A stretch of DNA of 63,800 nucleotides, counting the filler, from Octopus bimaculoides (lineage: Eukaryota): the NCBI RefSeq assembly GCF_001194135.2. It is 6 parts of 6 records of this genome, joined end to end, with 100 filler letters (N's around TTAATTAATTAA, not from the genome) between each part and the next. Parts side by side here need not be neighbours in the genome. Positions count along the whole stretch, not along the records: positions 46,299 to 53,435 come from NC_068982.1; positions 53,536 to 61,953 come from NC_068992.1; positions 62,054 to 63,800 come from NC_069003.1; 3 more parts are not named here. One strand, written 5' to 3'. Shown in pieces: positions 49,874 to 63,758 of the stretch. The translations under genes and the position numbers were made by a program. Position 1 is the stretch's first letter. Each line of letters opens with the position of its first letter. The notes beneath the pieces were generated by a model. It saw only the letters and a program-made list of their open reading frames with translations, did no database searches and was not told the DNA's origin.

Positions 49874-49975
49874 GTGGGCCTGAACGCGTGGGCCTGAACG
49901 CGTGGGCCTGAACGCGTGGNNNNNNNNNNTGGGCCTGAACGCGTGGGCCTGAACGCGTGGGCCTGAACGCGTGGG
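49874..49975 (+). repeat. GC-rich 14-bp minisatellite (GTGGGCCTGAACGC)n split by an 11-N gap
   Basis: At least three perfect units on each side of the gap. Confidence 0.9.
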
Positions 49976-50389
49976 TAAACCTCCACATATAGCTGTGCAT
50001 GTCACGATAAAATACAAGTATGTTTCATTACTGTTTATGTGTGTGCATTCATATGTATTCCATATGAATGCACACACAGGTACCTCAAATGGAGAATCTC
50101 TGAAATGTTTTAATAATTTTCACTGTTCCTGTAATTGATTATATCTGGAGAGTGAGTAACAGTCTGATCTGTTCATTTTGTTTGTTTGTTTTTGTTTTGT
50201 TTTTTTTTTTTTGTTTGTTTTTCTAAGTGCGGAGGCAGAACTCAATCATTTTTAGGTTTCTAAGCAGATCTGTTATTATGTAGCCAAGTGCGCCTATGAT
50301 AATAGGACAAAATGAAAATATGAAGCCTGAATATAAGAGTTGTAGGTTACTCATCTAGTTTTGGAAGATACATTCACATCCGATGGGCA

Positions 50390-51110
50390 GCTGATCTCCA
50401 CAACAGTCCCGTGCAACTCTATCTAGCCTGTTGTGCTTACACTAGCTTGATGTCTCTATTGGAATGTTTCTCCAGTTTTTTTTATTTTTGAAGACATGAA
50501 TATCTTCTGGTTCTGTTATATTTTTGGTATGACCACCAGGACAATCCTCTCTGCGTTTAGCATTGAAGACCGTCTTAGCGACAATGTCAGAGTAGTATCT
50601 TGCGGAAATTTTTGGAGAGCTGCTAATGATATGAATGATATCTTCCACACTGGTATGGCACCATTGACACTTCCTATCACAACGTGGAGTTTTAGCAGCA
50701 TCCTTATCTCTTTTGTTGATCAGGTATTTAATATCCATCGCCTGTTCTTGGATAGCAAAGGCATAGACTTCTAGATATGATGTGATGTACTCATCACAAG
50801 TCCAGGAGAAACAGCTATTCCTGTCAATATTACTTGCATTCTCTAGCTTGCGAAATATGAGTCCATACATAACCTTCTACTGGTATAATGAGTATTTTAC
50901 TTCCAGGTCTCTGTTTAAATAGGTCAGACCAGTTTACCTTGGTTCACATAAAGCAGCAGTAAACTGGAAGTACTTGTCCAGGGGTTCATCTGATCTCATG
51001 ATATTATTACCTTTATTGCTGAGTACACTCGTGATTCATTTCTCTCTTTGCTTCCGTTTAATATAGATCCTTTCAGCGTTACTGTTGATGTGGAAATTAC
51101 CTGTCATTGG
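50390..51110 (-). mobile_element. Dong/R4 fragment
   Basis: The minus ORF has YAFAIQEQAMDIKYL...CDRKCQWCHTSVEDIIHIISS. Confidence 0.7.
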
Positions 51111-51520
51111 AAGTATATTCCTAGCCCTGTTGGCTAATGAAAAGTTCTCAACATTTCTATACTAACGATGCAAAAGTGGAAACACGACAAAAGACCTTAA
51201 AATGTGTTCAAAGAGAGGATAGAATCAATTTTAGTAGAGATTAGAAATTCGTTGTGAAGACAATTCGTTTACATCTGTTGTTACTTTATGTGACAAACTG
51301 GCGGAGTCGTTAGTTATCGGACAGAATACCTTTGCGGTATTCGTTCTGATTCACCGTGATCTGCGTTCAAATTCTATCAAGGTCAGTTCTGCCTTTTACA
51401 GTCGATAAAGTATCAGTCAATTACCAAATCGATTTCTCTCTCTCTCTCTCTTTCCACTCTCTGTCCATCTATCTTTTCTTGGATCAGCTACGTTATGCTC
51501 TGAGAAGGGTTATGAGGTAC

Positions 51521-51557
<37 letters not shown>

Positions 51558-52207
51558 GTACGTACATACATACATACGTAGGCTTGCCATACGTCACGGT
51601 TGGGCCGGGGAAGTCCTTGCTTAAAGGCTCTATCTGTTCTTTTTTCTCTATTTCTCTCCCTCCAGCCTGCTATTAATTTCTCCATGTCCATAATCTCCCC
51701 ATTATATCACTCCATCTAATCATTCCACTCCCACCCACGCAACTTAAATCAGCAACGACAACAAACATGATAAAGCGAAATGCTATTCTTATATCCACAT
51801 CTGATCATTCAGTCGACATCTGGACAATCGACCACAAACTAACAAGACAAGTTTACTCAAAAAAACCAAAACCAGGTGATTTTACTCGTACCGCTAAGCC
51901 TGTGTATGTTTTATGACCGTAAATGTGGTTAATTTAAACATTGCATCTGCGATATACTAAAGTTAAACCGCTCTTTTCGATCGATTGCGGTGTTTGCCTA
52001 CTGCTTATCTTCTATAAATATCGGCCGTTAGAAATCCTTATCACTAACCGAACCCACTACGTTTTAACGATAAAATATAACCGTTGTTATGTGTATATGA
52101 GCGAATGTACACAAGGAAAGTAAATCTATTTCGTCATGAAAATAAAGTGTGAATTATGAGGATGTATGTCTATATGTTTGAATATATGTATGTTTATATA
52201 ACAACAT

Positions 52208-52261
<54 letters not shown>

Positions 52262-52409
52262 TATAGTAGAATAGTAATAAATGAAGTAGAGCAAATAATA
52301 TAAGTATTCGAAAAATAACGACAAAAACAAAACTGACGTAATTATTGTACAAGCATATAAGAATGACAATAGATAGAAAATTGGAATAACAAGACAAGCA
52401 ACGATGATA

Positions 52410-52456
<47 letters not shown>

Positions 52457-53264
52457 CGCCATCATCATCAGCAGCAATATCACCTTCGTTATCACCATCT
52501 TACCAGCATCACATTATCATCATCAACATAGTCAAACATTACATCTATCATCATCATGAAGACGACAAAAACGGCGACGGCGGCAAAAAAGGGTGACGAG
52601 GCGATGGATAGGAGGGGCAGGAGGAGATGAAGGAGGGTGGAATGGTTGGCGGAGGCGGGTAAACTCAATGAAACAAATAATATCGAAATATAAGGCTAAA
52701 TTACAAATATTTGTTGTAATAGTTGAGTTGTAAATAGAAACTTACATGAAAATGTGAGATTAAAAACCCACTTTAAAAGAAAATATAACAAATATGTATT
52801 GACAAAATGGTTTGTTTTGTACAAATTTTGTTACCGAACGAATTACTGCATTTATTCAAGTACAATATGATCTCTAATATTATAACATCTCTTCCTATAT
52901 TCTCATCATTTTCCTTTTTTTCTTTTAGTCTTTTTTGCACTTGTGTATGTGCGTCCACACGCACGCGCGCACAATTTCGATCCTGATGTTTTTGTAACAA
53001 ATTTCGAGCATTATACACATAGAAGTAAATTACGATAAATCACCTAAGGTAGATTAAAATATTGACAGGCTGTGGATGTGCGGTAAGAAGTTTGCTTCCC
53101 AATCACTAGGTTCTGAGTTCAATCCCACTTCCTGACACTTTGAGTAAGTGTCTTCTATTATAGCTCTGGGCCGACCTGCCATCGTTTTTAAGTGCGTAGT
53201 GAACAAAAAAAAAAAAAGGCCAAAGTTGTTACAGAGTGGAGGAGGGGGCTTGAAAAAATTCAGA

Positions 53265-53435
53265 ACTCCGGCGTCTTACTGGGATGCCTCCATTCATATT
53301 TGAACACCGCTCTGTGCGGCACAGACTCTTCCGCTTGTCCGGATCGGGGAGACATGTTGTACCAGTAGACTGCTTCCAGGGGCGAAATGTGCTCCCTTTC
53401 AGCCATGGCCTTGATCGTCCGATGGTGCCTCTCAA
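53265..53435 (-). mobile_element. Gypsy-type LTR retrotransposon integrase fragment
   Basis: The minus frame reads ERHHRTIKAMAEREHISPLEAVYWYNMSPRSGQAEESVPHRAVFKYEWRHP; ERxHRTIK carries the catalytic E of DDE integrases. Confidence 0.7.
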
Positions 53436-53849
53436 NNNNNNNNNNNNNNNNNNNNNNNNNNNNNNNNNNNNNNNNNNNNTTAATTAATTAANNNNNNNNN
53501 NNNNNNNNNNNNNNNNNNNNNNNNNNNNNNNNNNNTATATATATATATATATATATATATTACTACACAGCCACACATCTGCGTATGTATGTCTTTGTGC
53601 ATATGTTGTTTTTTGCACCCCACCACCGTTTGACTACCGGTGCTGGTTTGCTTACGTCCGCGTAACTTATCGGCAAAAGAACCCAATAAAATAAGTACCA
53701 GATATTAAAAAATCTTTCGCTTGCTCAACTAAACCTCTTGAAAGTGGTGCCCAAGCATGGCCGCAATCCAATGAATGGAACCAGTAAAAGATAAAAGGTA
53801 AAGTGAATCGATCTCACCTTTGACGCTTTCGGAGTCGATAGAATATGTA

Positions 53850-54385
53850 ACAGCTTTTTTTTTATGTCTTTTAGTTATGAAGGAAAAGTGGTGCTCAAAT
53901 AGCTCACGATGCCAAAGTTTGGTGTCAACCTCCTCAGGATCTTCTATACATATATCACTGCATATCACTCCCGTCTTCACTTCAGGGTGTAGAGTCGAAG
54001 CTCTTTCAGTCTCGCCCAGTAACTCAGCTGTTCCATTGATGCCACTACTTGATGTAGCACTGCTGAACTCCCTCATGTTTTGCTAATTATTTGACTGTGT
54101 GGGGAGACTATAATAGAACCAGCATAGTTTCCTTGTCCCTCTTTCTAAAAGAGGTACTCCACTTACTGTCACTGTCTACATGGAGAAGGTCTTATTGGCT
54201 ATCACAGCCTAGCTTCTGTCTTTTAAGAAGTCATGTAACCACTCTCCCAGTTTTTCCACTATGCCGAGTCTCCGTAGCTTGTAACATATCCCATGACGGA
54301 ACTTATCAAAGGCCTCTGCAAAATCGAGATATCTCACATTCGCGTTTGAGCGATTCATTACTTGTTTCAATACTTGTTTCACAGA
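53850..54385 (-). mobile_element. CR1/L2-type RT fragment
   Basis: YLDFAEAFDKFRHG..YKLRRLGIVEKLGEWLHDFLKDR, followed by decayed SG..G and DDTKL-like motifs. Confidence 0.7.
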
Positions 54386-54523
54386 CACATGCATGCATGC
54401 ATTTTCATATGAACATACATACATACATACACATATATACATACATACATACATACATACATACATACATACACACATACATACATGCATGCATACAAAC
54501 ATACAAACATTCAAACATACACA

Positions 54524-54557
<34 letters not shown>

Positions 54558-54796
54558 CGTACATACACACATAACGTACGCACATATATACATTACGTAC
54601 GTTATATATATATATACATCACATACATTCATACGTACACACATAACAAATTTACATGAAAAACTTAGAATTATTAGGTTTTTCGAAGAAAGACCAATAG
54701 AAAGTGATACACATTTTCCAAATCCAGTCTGTAAATGTCACAGTAACGATTTGTAAAACATTCCAAAGATTCTCCATCTGAGATTCTTTAGGTGAA

Positions 54797-55673
54797 TACG
54801 AGGTGGTATCAAAAAGTTCTAGGACTAATTTTGTAGCGCGTCAACAGATGGCAGCACACGGTTGCATGTTCGGTGAAAGCTAGCAGTGGTCTGTATGAGG
54901 CAGTGCGCTAAGTGACATCACTGCGTTTATTTCGCAAGTTGTGAAATTTTTGTTTTTGTGATATACTGTAGTCTGTGATTTTGTTATGGACAGGAACAAA
55001 GAGCCAACGTGAAATTTTGCGCTAAACTTGGGAAGTCTGCTACAGAGACATTGATCATGCTTCGGCAAGCTTATAGCGACGAGGCAAAGGGTCGTACGCA
55101 ATATTTCAAGTGGTACGGGCGCTTCAAAAGCGGAAGAACATCCCTGGAAGAGCTGTCACGAGCATCATCCCTGGAAATGTGGTATTGTGCATCGTGAATT
55201 CGCCCCTAAAGGTCAGACCATCAATCGAGTGTTGTACTGCGAGGTTTTGAAGCTTATGAGGGAGGACGTTTGGCGAAAGTGACCGGATCTGTAGAGTGCG
55301 AAGAATTGGATTCTTCAGCGAGCTCTCTTCACTCGTGAGCTTTTCACCAAAACAACATGGTGTCGCTTCCACACCCATCCTGTTCGCCAGACTTAGTACC
55401 TGCGGACTTCCACTTCCCCCACCAAGATAAAAATGCAGCTCAAAGGTTGCTGTTTTAACACCGTTATTGAGACCCAGAGGGAATCACAGAAAGTCCTTTA
55501 CTCGCTTACGGAAAACGATTTCCAGGCCGGTTTTCAAATGTGGCAGGAACTCTGGCACAGGTGTACTGCTGCGCAAGGTGACTTTTCCGAAGGAGATGAT
55601 GTTAAAACTTAGGTAAATAAGTTATTTTTTATTAAGCATAACTTATCCGAGAACCTGTTGATATTACGTCATA
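54797..55673 (+). mobile_element. Internally deleted mariner with both TIRs and TA flanks
   Basis: Left TIR ta-cgaggtggtatcaaaaagttctagga and diverged right TIR ...gagaacctgttgatattacgtca-ta. Contains KFCAKLGKSATETLIMLRQAY and a SPDLVPADF (YSPDLAPSD-like) motif. Confidence 0.85.
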
Positions 55674-57339
55674 GATGCACACTTGGGTGTGTATGTCGAC
55701 AGCTCAACCAACATACCAACTCAACCACATTTACAAACACCAGGAACTATCTTAACTCAAAATGTCTTATCGTTTTGTTAGCGACCGGCTTGAACCCTTT
55801 TAAGAACTTTAAATAAACTCATAGAAAAAAAAGCATACATACATACATAGACTAGACACAGAAACTCACACGTTCAAAACTCAAGTACTCTTAATTTNNN
55901 NNNNNNNNNNNNNNNNNNNNNNNNNNNNNNNNNNNNNNNNNNNNNNNNNNNNNNNNNNNNNNNNNNNNNNNNNNNNNNNNNNNNNNNNNNNNNNNNNNNN
56001 NNNNNNNNNNNNNNNNNNNNNNNNNNNNNNNNNNNNNNNNNNNNNNNNNNNNNNNNNNNNNNNNNNNNNNNNNNNNNNNNNNNNNNNNNNNNNNNNNNNN
56101 NNNNNNNNNNNNNNNNNNNNNNNNNNNNNNNNNNNNNNNNNNNNNNNNNNNNNNNNNNNNNNNNNNNNNNNNNNNNNNNNNNNNNNNNNNNNNNNNNNNN
56201 NNNNNNNNNNNNNNNNNNNNNNNNNNNNNNNNNNNNNNNNNNNNNNNNNNNNNNNNNNNNNNNNNNNNNNNNNNNNNNNNNNNNNNNNNNNNNNNNNNNN
56301 NNNNNNNNNNNNNNNNNNNNNNNNNNNNNNNNNNNNNNNNNNNNNNNNNNNNNNNNNNNNNNNNNNNNNNNNNNNNNNNNNNNNNNNNNNNNNNNNNNNN
56401 NNNNNNNNNNNNNNNNNNNNNNNNNNNNNNNNNNNNNNNNNNNNNNNNNNNNNNNNNNNNNNNNNNNNNNNNNNNNNNNNNNNNNNNNNNNNNNNNNNNN
56501 NNNNNNNNNNNNNNNNNNNNNNNNNNNNNNNNNNNNNNNNNNNNNNNNNNNNNNNNNNNNNNNNNNNNNNNNNNNNNNNNNNNNNNNNNNNNNNNNNNNN
56601 NNNNNNNNNNNNNNNNNNNNNNNNNNNNNNNNNNNNNNNNNNNNNNNNNNNNNNNNNNNNNNNNNNNNNNNNNNNNNNNNNNNNNNNNNNNNNNNNNNNN
56701 NNNNNNNNNNNNNNNNNNNNNNNNNNNNNNNNNNNNNNNNNNNNNNNNNNNNNNNNNNNNNNNNNNNNNNNNNNNNNNNNNNNNNNNNNNNNNNNATATA
56801 TATATATATATATAAATATATATGTATATATTCATTCAAGATGGTCAACCGCGTTTGGAGAGATACTTTAAAGATATGTCTTTCGGCTAAACAAGACGAT
56901 TAAAATGCACGTAAGTGATCAAATATCGACCATGCTGGGACGAATCGAATCGATCAGGATGTAATAATAACTTTTGTACAATGTTTTTCCTGCCAGACCT
57001 CATCACTCTAACCTTTGCTCCTTCATCTTCTTTCTTTCTTTCTTTCTTTCCCTTGTCTCTGTTTCCCTCCCACTCCTCCTCCTCACTCTCTCCGTTTTGT
57101 CTTGTTTTCGTCTCTTCAGAGTCTCTCTTGTAAGTTCTCCTTTGTCTGAACGACTGTGTTTATATCTACCAGTCTATCTGTCTGCCTGTCTGTTTTTCTG
57201 TCTGTCTACCGATCTGTCTGCCTGTTTGTCTTTCTGTGTCTTTCGCTCTACCTGCCTGTTTGTCAATCGGAGTACCTACCTACCTACCTACCTACCTACC
57301 TACCTACCTACCTACCTACCCATTATTTATTTTGGTCTA

Positions 57340-57590
57340 AAGATATTCGGCCGCAATGATTGATATTGAGCAGCCATTATGAGTCCTGTTTCTTTCTTAA
57401 GATCTCCATTCTTCAGCCATAACCCAAACTTCTCTGCTGCAACGTCCTGCATTTTTCTGGGATGCTTACCGTGTAGTTCTTTTATCCAGATGTTTCTTTC
57501 TCGCTCCTGTTTTCTTCTCTTCTTGTATTCTGTTACCGTCTCCGTAGCATCTTTCTCCTCTCCTTTGGATTGCTTTTCACGAGGGTGGAG
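57340..57590 (-). mobile_element. Dong/R4 fragment
   Basis: The minus strand gives WLKNGDLKKETGLIMAAQYQSLRPN. Confidence 0.7.
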
Positions 57591-58013
57591 AGGGAAATGC
57601 TGTCCTCAAGGGAATTTATTGAAAGGTGGATGAAAGTTGCGTAAATGGCAGCAGTGGGTAATACTGCTCTAAGTATAGACTTGTGTGTGGGAGAACGAGA
57701 ATTGAAGAGGACACGGGATTTGGTGTTCAAGGAGATCTTGAAAGGTCGGTTCTTCGGTTATCCCTAGAGACTCTCCTGTGTCAGGAGGACAACATCATAT
57801 CATCACTCACTTTTATATTATATTATTTTTATTATTGCATACTATGTATAATAAGTATAGAAGGAATGTCGATTAAAATAGTACTCGAATACCTCCAGTA
57901 TTCGAGTATTATTTTTCCTACTTCGTTTTACATTTATATGCTTACTCTCTCTCTCTCTATATATATACATATATGCACACACACATATATATACACACAT
58001 ATAAACATATATA

Positions 58014-58058
<45 letters not shown>

Positions 58059-58539
58059 ACACACATTTCTTATCTCATATGTAAACCCCCACACTTGTCT
58101 GTTTTTGTATTGTCCTCCCTATCCTTCGCTCTGGCAGCAAATAACAGAAGTCCTCCTCCTCCTTCTCCCCCTCCTTCTCCCCCTCCTTCTCCCCCTCCTT
58201 CTCCCCCTCCTNNNNNNNNNNNNNNNNNNNNNNNNNNNNNNNNNNNNNNNNNNNNNNNNNNNNNNNNNNNNNNNNNNNNNNNNNNNNNNNNNNNNNNNNN
58301 NNNNNNNNNNNNNNNNNNNNNNNNNNNNNNNNNNNNNNNNNNNNNNNNNNNNNNNNNNNNNNNNNNNNNNNNNNNNNNNNNNNNNNNNNNNNNNNNNNNN
58401 NNNNNNNNNNNNNNNNNNNNNNNNNNNNNNNNNNNNNNNNNNNNNNNNNNNNNNNNNNNNNNNNNNNNNNNNAGCATCATTGTTGTTGTTGTCGTTGTTA
58501 TTATTATCGGAATGTAAGGGATTTCTCCATAAAAAAAAC

Positions 58540-58928
58540 TGACCATGCTATTGAATTATGGAGGCCAGAAATCGTAAAGGACGGAAACTAAACATTGTTA
58601 TGTCACAGACTTAGCAATATCGTCTGATAATAGAGTGGAAATGAAGGAAAGATTAAATTTGAGAAATATCAGGATCTATTCAGAGAGCTGAAGAGATTGT
58701 GAAAGACTAAAACAACAACTATTCCTGTGATAATCGGTGCATTTGACGCGTTTGACACAGCATCTGAACAGCAACGTAAGAGACCGAAAGACGTTGGAAT
58801 CGAGGAATTGTCGACCTGCAGTGAAGTATTGTCCTGTCACCTGTAGGGATACTGTGAAAGATTCTTGATATTTGAGGAGACTCGTTTTCACCAGGCATCG
58901 AAATTAGCACTTAAACAGAATTCGGATA

Positions 58929-59013
<85 letters not shown>

Positions 59014-61030
59014 AAACGAACACAAAAATCGCCACGATAGGGTAGGACAGTATTTACATTGGAAAATATGTAAACACTACAAAATCAACATTCCTGCTTA
59101 CTCATATGAACATCATCTTGAGCCAGTCGTTGGAGGTAAAAAATCACTATCCTCTGGGATCTTCCAGTCAACACCGACAGAACGATCCAAGCTAATTGAT
59201 CAGACATAGTAATTAAAGACAAGGAAGAAAATACTTGTAGGCTAATAGATGATAAAAATATATCTGTAAAGGAATTTTACATATTAAGTAAATGTAAGGA
59301 CCTGGAAATTGAAATACAAAAGATGTGGCATCTTAAAGCGAAATTTGTTCCTGTTATTGCCCTAGGTATGATAAGAAAGGGATATCAACAACATGTAGAT
59401 AATATCCCAAGAGAACCATGTCTCAGAGAAATCCTAATGATTGTGCTGACAAGTGCTGCCCACATCCCTAGAAAAGCCCTATCAATTTACATATCTGTGT
59501 CGTATTACATGAAGATATTTCGCGACTGCCCCTGCCACTTCCCCTCCCCAGCTTTCAGTCATACTGTAACATCACTTATCCTTCACTCGTCCTAGGATGC
59601 TGGGTGTGTCTCGGCAAGTGATTGNNNNNNNNNNNNNNNNNNNNNNNNNNNNNNNNNNNNNNNNNNNNNNNNNNNNNNNNNNNNNNNNNNNNNNNNNNNN
59701 NNNNNNNNNNNNNNNNNNNNNNNNTAATAATAATAATGCAGTGCCAGGCAGTGGTTTCATGGCTTCTCATCTTAACTGATTGAAGTGTTATTATGTACAT
59801 TGTTTTGTCTTGGTATAAAAGATGGGCTACAGCAAATATTCTGCTCAATACCACAGATTTGCTTGTCAGATGTTTGATCGTAACCAGTTGAGCATGTCCC
59901 TTGGTGGCTGACGATATGTAGATCTCTGGTCACGAGCAGAAGTAGTGGGGAAGCATCATAGCCACGTGTTGAGAGGAATTTCTTTGGGGTTTGGATAATT
60001 AACTTTTGGAAACATGGGTGTTTCGTTCAATATCTGTAGACAATCCTTATTCAGGGACCTTTTGAGCGTAATGGGCTACACGACCTGAAGAAAATTTAAC
60101 TGGGCTCCATCTGCAAAGTCATGCGCTGTTAATCTTGATGTGGGATCACCATGTCGCACACTTATAGTTGTGATGCATGTGCCTGTTTACTTACCCTCAC
60201 AAAACAGGCAGTTATGATGGGTATACTGGACTTTGTATATTTTACCCCAATGTCACTTTCATCGCATGCACTGCTTTCTCACGTAATAATAATATTGACC
60301 CGGAACTATCAAGACAATGTGATGAAAAATGGCGTGGACTGAAACTGCTTATACTGCAACGATGGGATAGAAACAGTGGACCACATAATCTTTGGATGTA
60401 AGGTTTCAGCACCTGCAGAGAACACATCAAGACACGACAGAGATGGTCAATATCTACATTGGATAATCTGACGGCTCTATAAAATCAAAACTACTGACAA
60501 ATGATACAAGCACGACCCTGAGGCTGCAACTGAGGGAGAAAATGTAACGATTCTTTGGACTTCCCAGTATGTACAAATCGTATCATCAAGGCAAATAAAC
60601 CAGATATTGTTGCGAAAGACAAAAGCAATAAAGTCTGTTTATTGATTGACATGAGCATAATATCTCGGCAAAAGAATTTGATAAGCTCAGAAAATATAAG
60701 GGATCTGCTAATCGAAATCGAAAAGATGTGGCATCTCAAGACGGTTACAATACCAGTGATTGTAGGAGCACTTGGAATGATCAAAAAAGGAACTGAAAAT
60801 TATTTTAGAATGATCCCTGGCTTACCATCCATGCAGGAAGTGCAAAAGATTGTCTTAAATGGTACGTCACACGTATTGAGAAGAGCATGTCGCTGTGAAT
60901 TTTCTTTCCTTTTCCCCCTCTATTTGTTTACTTTTCTATTTTTCGTTTTCTTTTTCTCTCTGTCTTCCTCCTTTTCACTATCACATGAAGCTGTAAATGA
61001 ACAACCTGGTGTACTTGTTTTAATAACCTA
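58540..61030 (+). mobile_element. Third cluster of co-oriented Dong/R4 3' fragments separated by (GAT)n/(AAT)n
   Basis: RHDRVGQYLHWKICKHY, NRIIKANKPDIVAKDK...CLLIDMSI and EIEKMWHLKTVTIPVIVGALG. Confidence 0.88.
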
Positions 61031-61414
61031 CCAATGNNNNNNNNNNNNNNNNNNNNNNNNNNNNNNNNNNNNNNNNNNNNNNNNNNNNNNNNNNNNNNNN
61101 NNNNNNNNNNNNNNNNNNNNNNNNNNNNNNNNNNNNNNNNNNNNNNNNNNNNNNNNNNNNNNNNNNNNNNNNNNNNNNNNNNNNNNNNNNNNNNNNNNNN
61201 NNNNNNNNNNNNNNNNNNNNNNNNNNNNNNNNNNNNNNNNNNNNNNNNNNNNNNNNNNNNNNNNNNNNNNNNNNNNNNNNNNNNNNNNNNNNNNNNNNNN
61301 NNNNNNNNNNNNNNNNNNNNNNNNNNNNNNNNNNNNNNNNNNNNNNNNNNNNNNNNNNNNNNNNNNNNNNNNNNNNNNNNNNNNNNNNNNNNNNNNNNNN
61401 NAATAATAATAATG

Positions 61415-61481
<67 letters not shown>

Positions 61482-61499
61482 TAATAATAATAATAATTT

Positions 61500-61695
61500 T
61501 GGGACAAAGCCAGAAATTTCGGGGGAGGGGCTAAGTCGATTACACCAGTCCCAGTGTTCAACTGGTACTTATTTTATCGACCCTGAAAGGATGACAGGTA
61601 AAGTCGGCCTCGGCGGAAATTGAACTCAGAACCTAAGGACGGACGAATTTCCAGAAAGCATTTTGCCCGGCATGCTAACGATTCTAGCAGCTTGC
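61500..61695 (-). mobile_element. Third SINE family; copies at 1040-1140, 8855-9012, 39970-40065 and 51298-51420 (+)
   Basis: Shared ttctgagttcaaatt...gaggtc.actt..tttcatccttt.gggtcgataaaataagtaccagt. Confidence 0.65.
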
Positions 61696-61715
61696 TGCCC
61701 TCAAATAATAATAAT

Positions 61716-61747
<32 letters not shown>

Positions 61748-61916
61748 AAAGTTAAGCTGTAAATACACGTATTGCACCTGTGTTTTCTGCCTATTTTTGA
61801 TTTACATTCAGTAAAAGTAATCAATCCTAGTTTCACATTTTTACTACGAAACAATAATTGTTGTACGAAACAAAAGAAAATGTTTTGATTTTATGTATGT
61901 ATGTATGCATGTAATG

Positions 61917-61947
<31 letters not shown>

Positions 61948-62419
61948 ATATATNNNNNNNNNNNNNNNNNNNNNNNNNNNNNNNNNNNNNNNNNNNNTTA
62001 ATTAATTAANNNNNNNNNNNNNNNNNNNNNNNNNNNNNNNNNNNNNNNNNNNNTATATATATAAATATATATATATAAATTATTCTTTTTCCATTGAATG
62101 AGAGAGGAAGGATTAAGAAACCAATAAAATTTAGTTGAGAGAAACTAAATAAGTGATGGTGAAGAAATTTAGACTTTCATAACTAGCACAGTTTTAGGGA
62201 ACTTTGACATTGCAAAAATATATGTCCTCCGCGTTTATTCGCTAAATCTTCCAGTTTAACTATATTCCTCTCAGTTTTGCCAATCCTTCAGTTTCGGTAT
62301 GTCCCCCATTTTAGCTCTATCCCTCACTTTAACTATATCCCCCTCACCGAATATAAGTCTCGTGAAACTCCACGTCTTCCATCTTCTACTCCCAGTTTTC
62401 CATCTTCTACTCACAAAGC

Positions 62420-63758
62420 ATGAGGCTTTTCAGGAAGAGATGTTGTTTTGTGTATCATTTGAAACAACCACAACTGCAAAGGATATCCAAAGCAAAACTT
62501 TAACATTATTTGGATGTAAACAAAATGCCAGAAGAAAACTTACTGTCATGCACAGCAGACAGTGTACCTGCTATGATGAACAAGCAAATGGGATGCTTAA
62601 AAATGGCGATGGATGAAAATCCAAACATGTTGATTGTCCATTGCATCATACACCGAGAAAACTTAGTTGCCAAGAAACTGTCCCCTGCTCTTAACGAGAT
62701 TCTACTAGCTGTGATCAAATGTGTCAATAGCATTAAAGCAAATCCCCGAACCGAATGTCTTTTTAAGCAGTTATGTGTAAATCAAAGTGCCGAGCATGTT
62801 CGATTATTGCTTCATACAGAAGTAAGGTGGATATCGAGTGGAAATAGCTTAAAAAGGTTCATGGAATTATTTGATCAGTTTAATGACTTTCATAGTGACA
62901 AATGTGAAATGAAAATGCTGTGTACAGTGATGGAAAAGCATTTGTCAGTTATCTGACAGACATCTTTGAGAAACTTGGAAACTTGAATAAATAACTCCAA
63001 GGTGCAAACATGACGCTTGTTGATGTGAAAGCAAAGATTTTTGGATTCCTTACAACTCTTGAAATGTGCCAAAAAAAGAAATTTCAGTCAGTTATACTGG
63101 TTCAGTAAATGTGTGATAACGAATGATGCTGTCACCGTAATTATTGACCATTTGAATATCTTAATAAAGGACTTCAACAGCAGATTTTGTGATTTGAAGG
63201 CAATGAATTTTCCCTCTTGGTTAACTCAACCACTGCTGATTGATGTTTCTGATGTTGCAGTTCAATACCAAGAAGAGTTATCAGAATTGCAATATGATGA
63301 ATCAGTGAAGACTTTGTTGAAACTGAAAGGAACAAATATGTGGCTATGCGACGAGGTTGAAAGAAAATACTCCAACATCTCTACATCAACAAGAGAACTA
63401 TTGATTGATTTTCCTTCGTCTTATTTGGTTAAATCTGGATTCAGTGCAGTTGACAATTTGCTGGAAGCCAAGAGGAACTGGGTTGAAATTACAAAACGTG
63501 ACGATTTACGGCTGATGTTAATGAAAGTGTCTCCTCAAATCAAAGATCTGTGCCTTATGCACCAGGCACGGGGTTCTCACTAAATGAGTCACGGTATCCA
63601 TCAGCCAGGTAATTGAATTAAAAGTTGTGTTTCTATATTAAAAAAAAAATGTTGGAGGGCACCAGATTTTTTGTTATTAAAAAGTGGGACATTGGAAATT
63701 TGCTATTAAAAAGTGGGGTACCAAAAGAAAAAGAAAAAAAAAAGGTTGGGAAACACTG
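62420..63758 (+). mobile_element. hAT (Charlie/ZBED5-like) transposon, 3' half with right TIR
   Basis: CTADSVPAM, VHCIIHRENLVAK, LLLHTEVRW, FPSSYLVKSGFS and LRLML..VSPQIKDL motifs. Terminal ggttgggaaacactg at 63744-63758 (CAGTGTTTCCCAA-type TIR). Confidence 0.9.
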
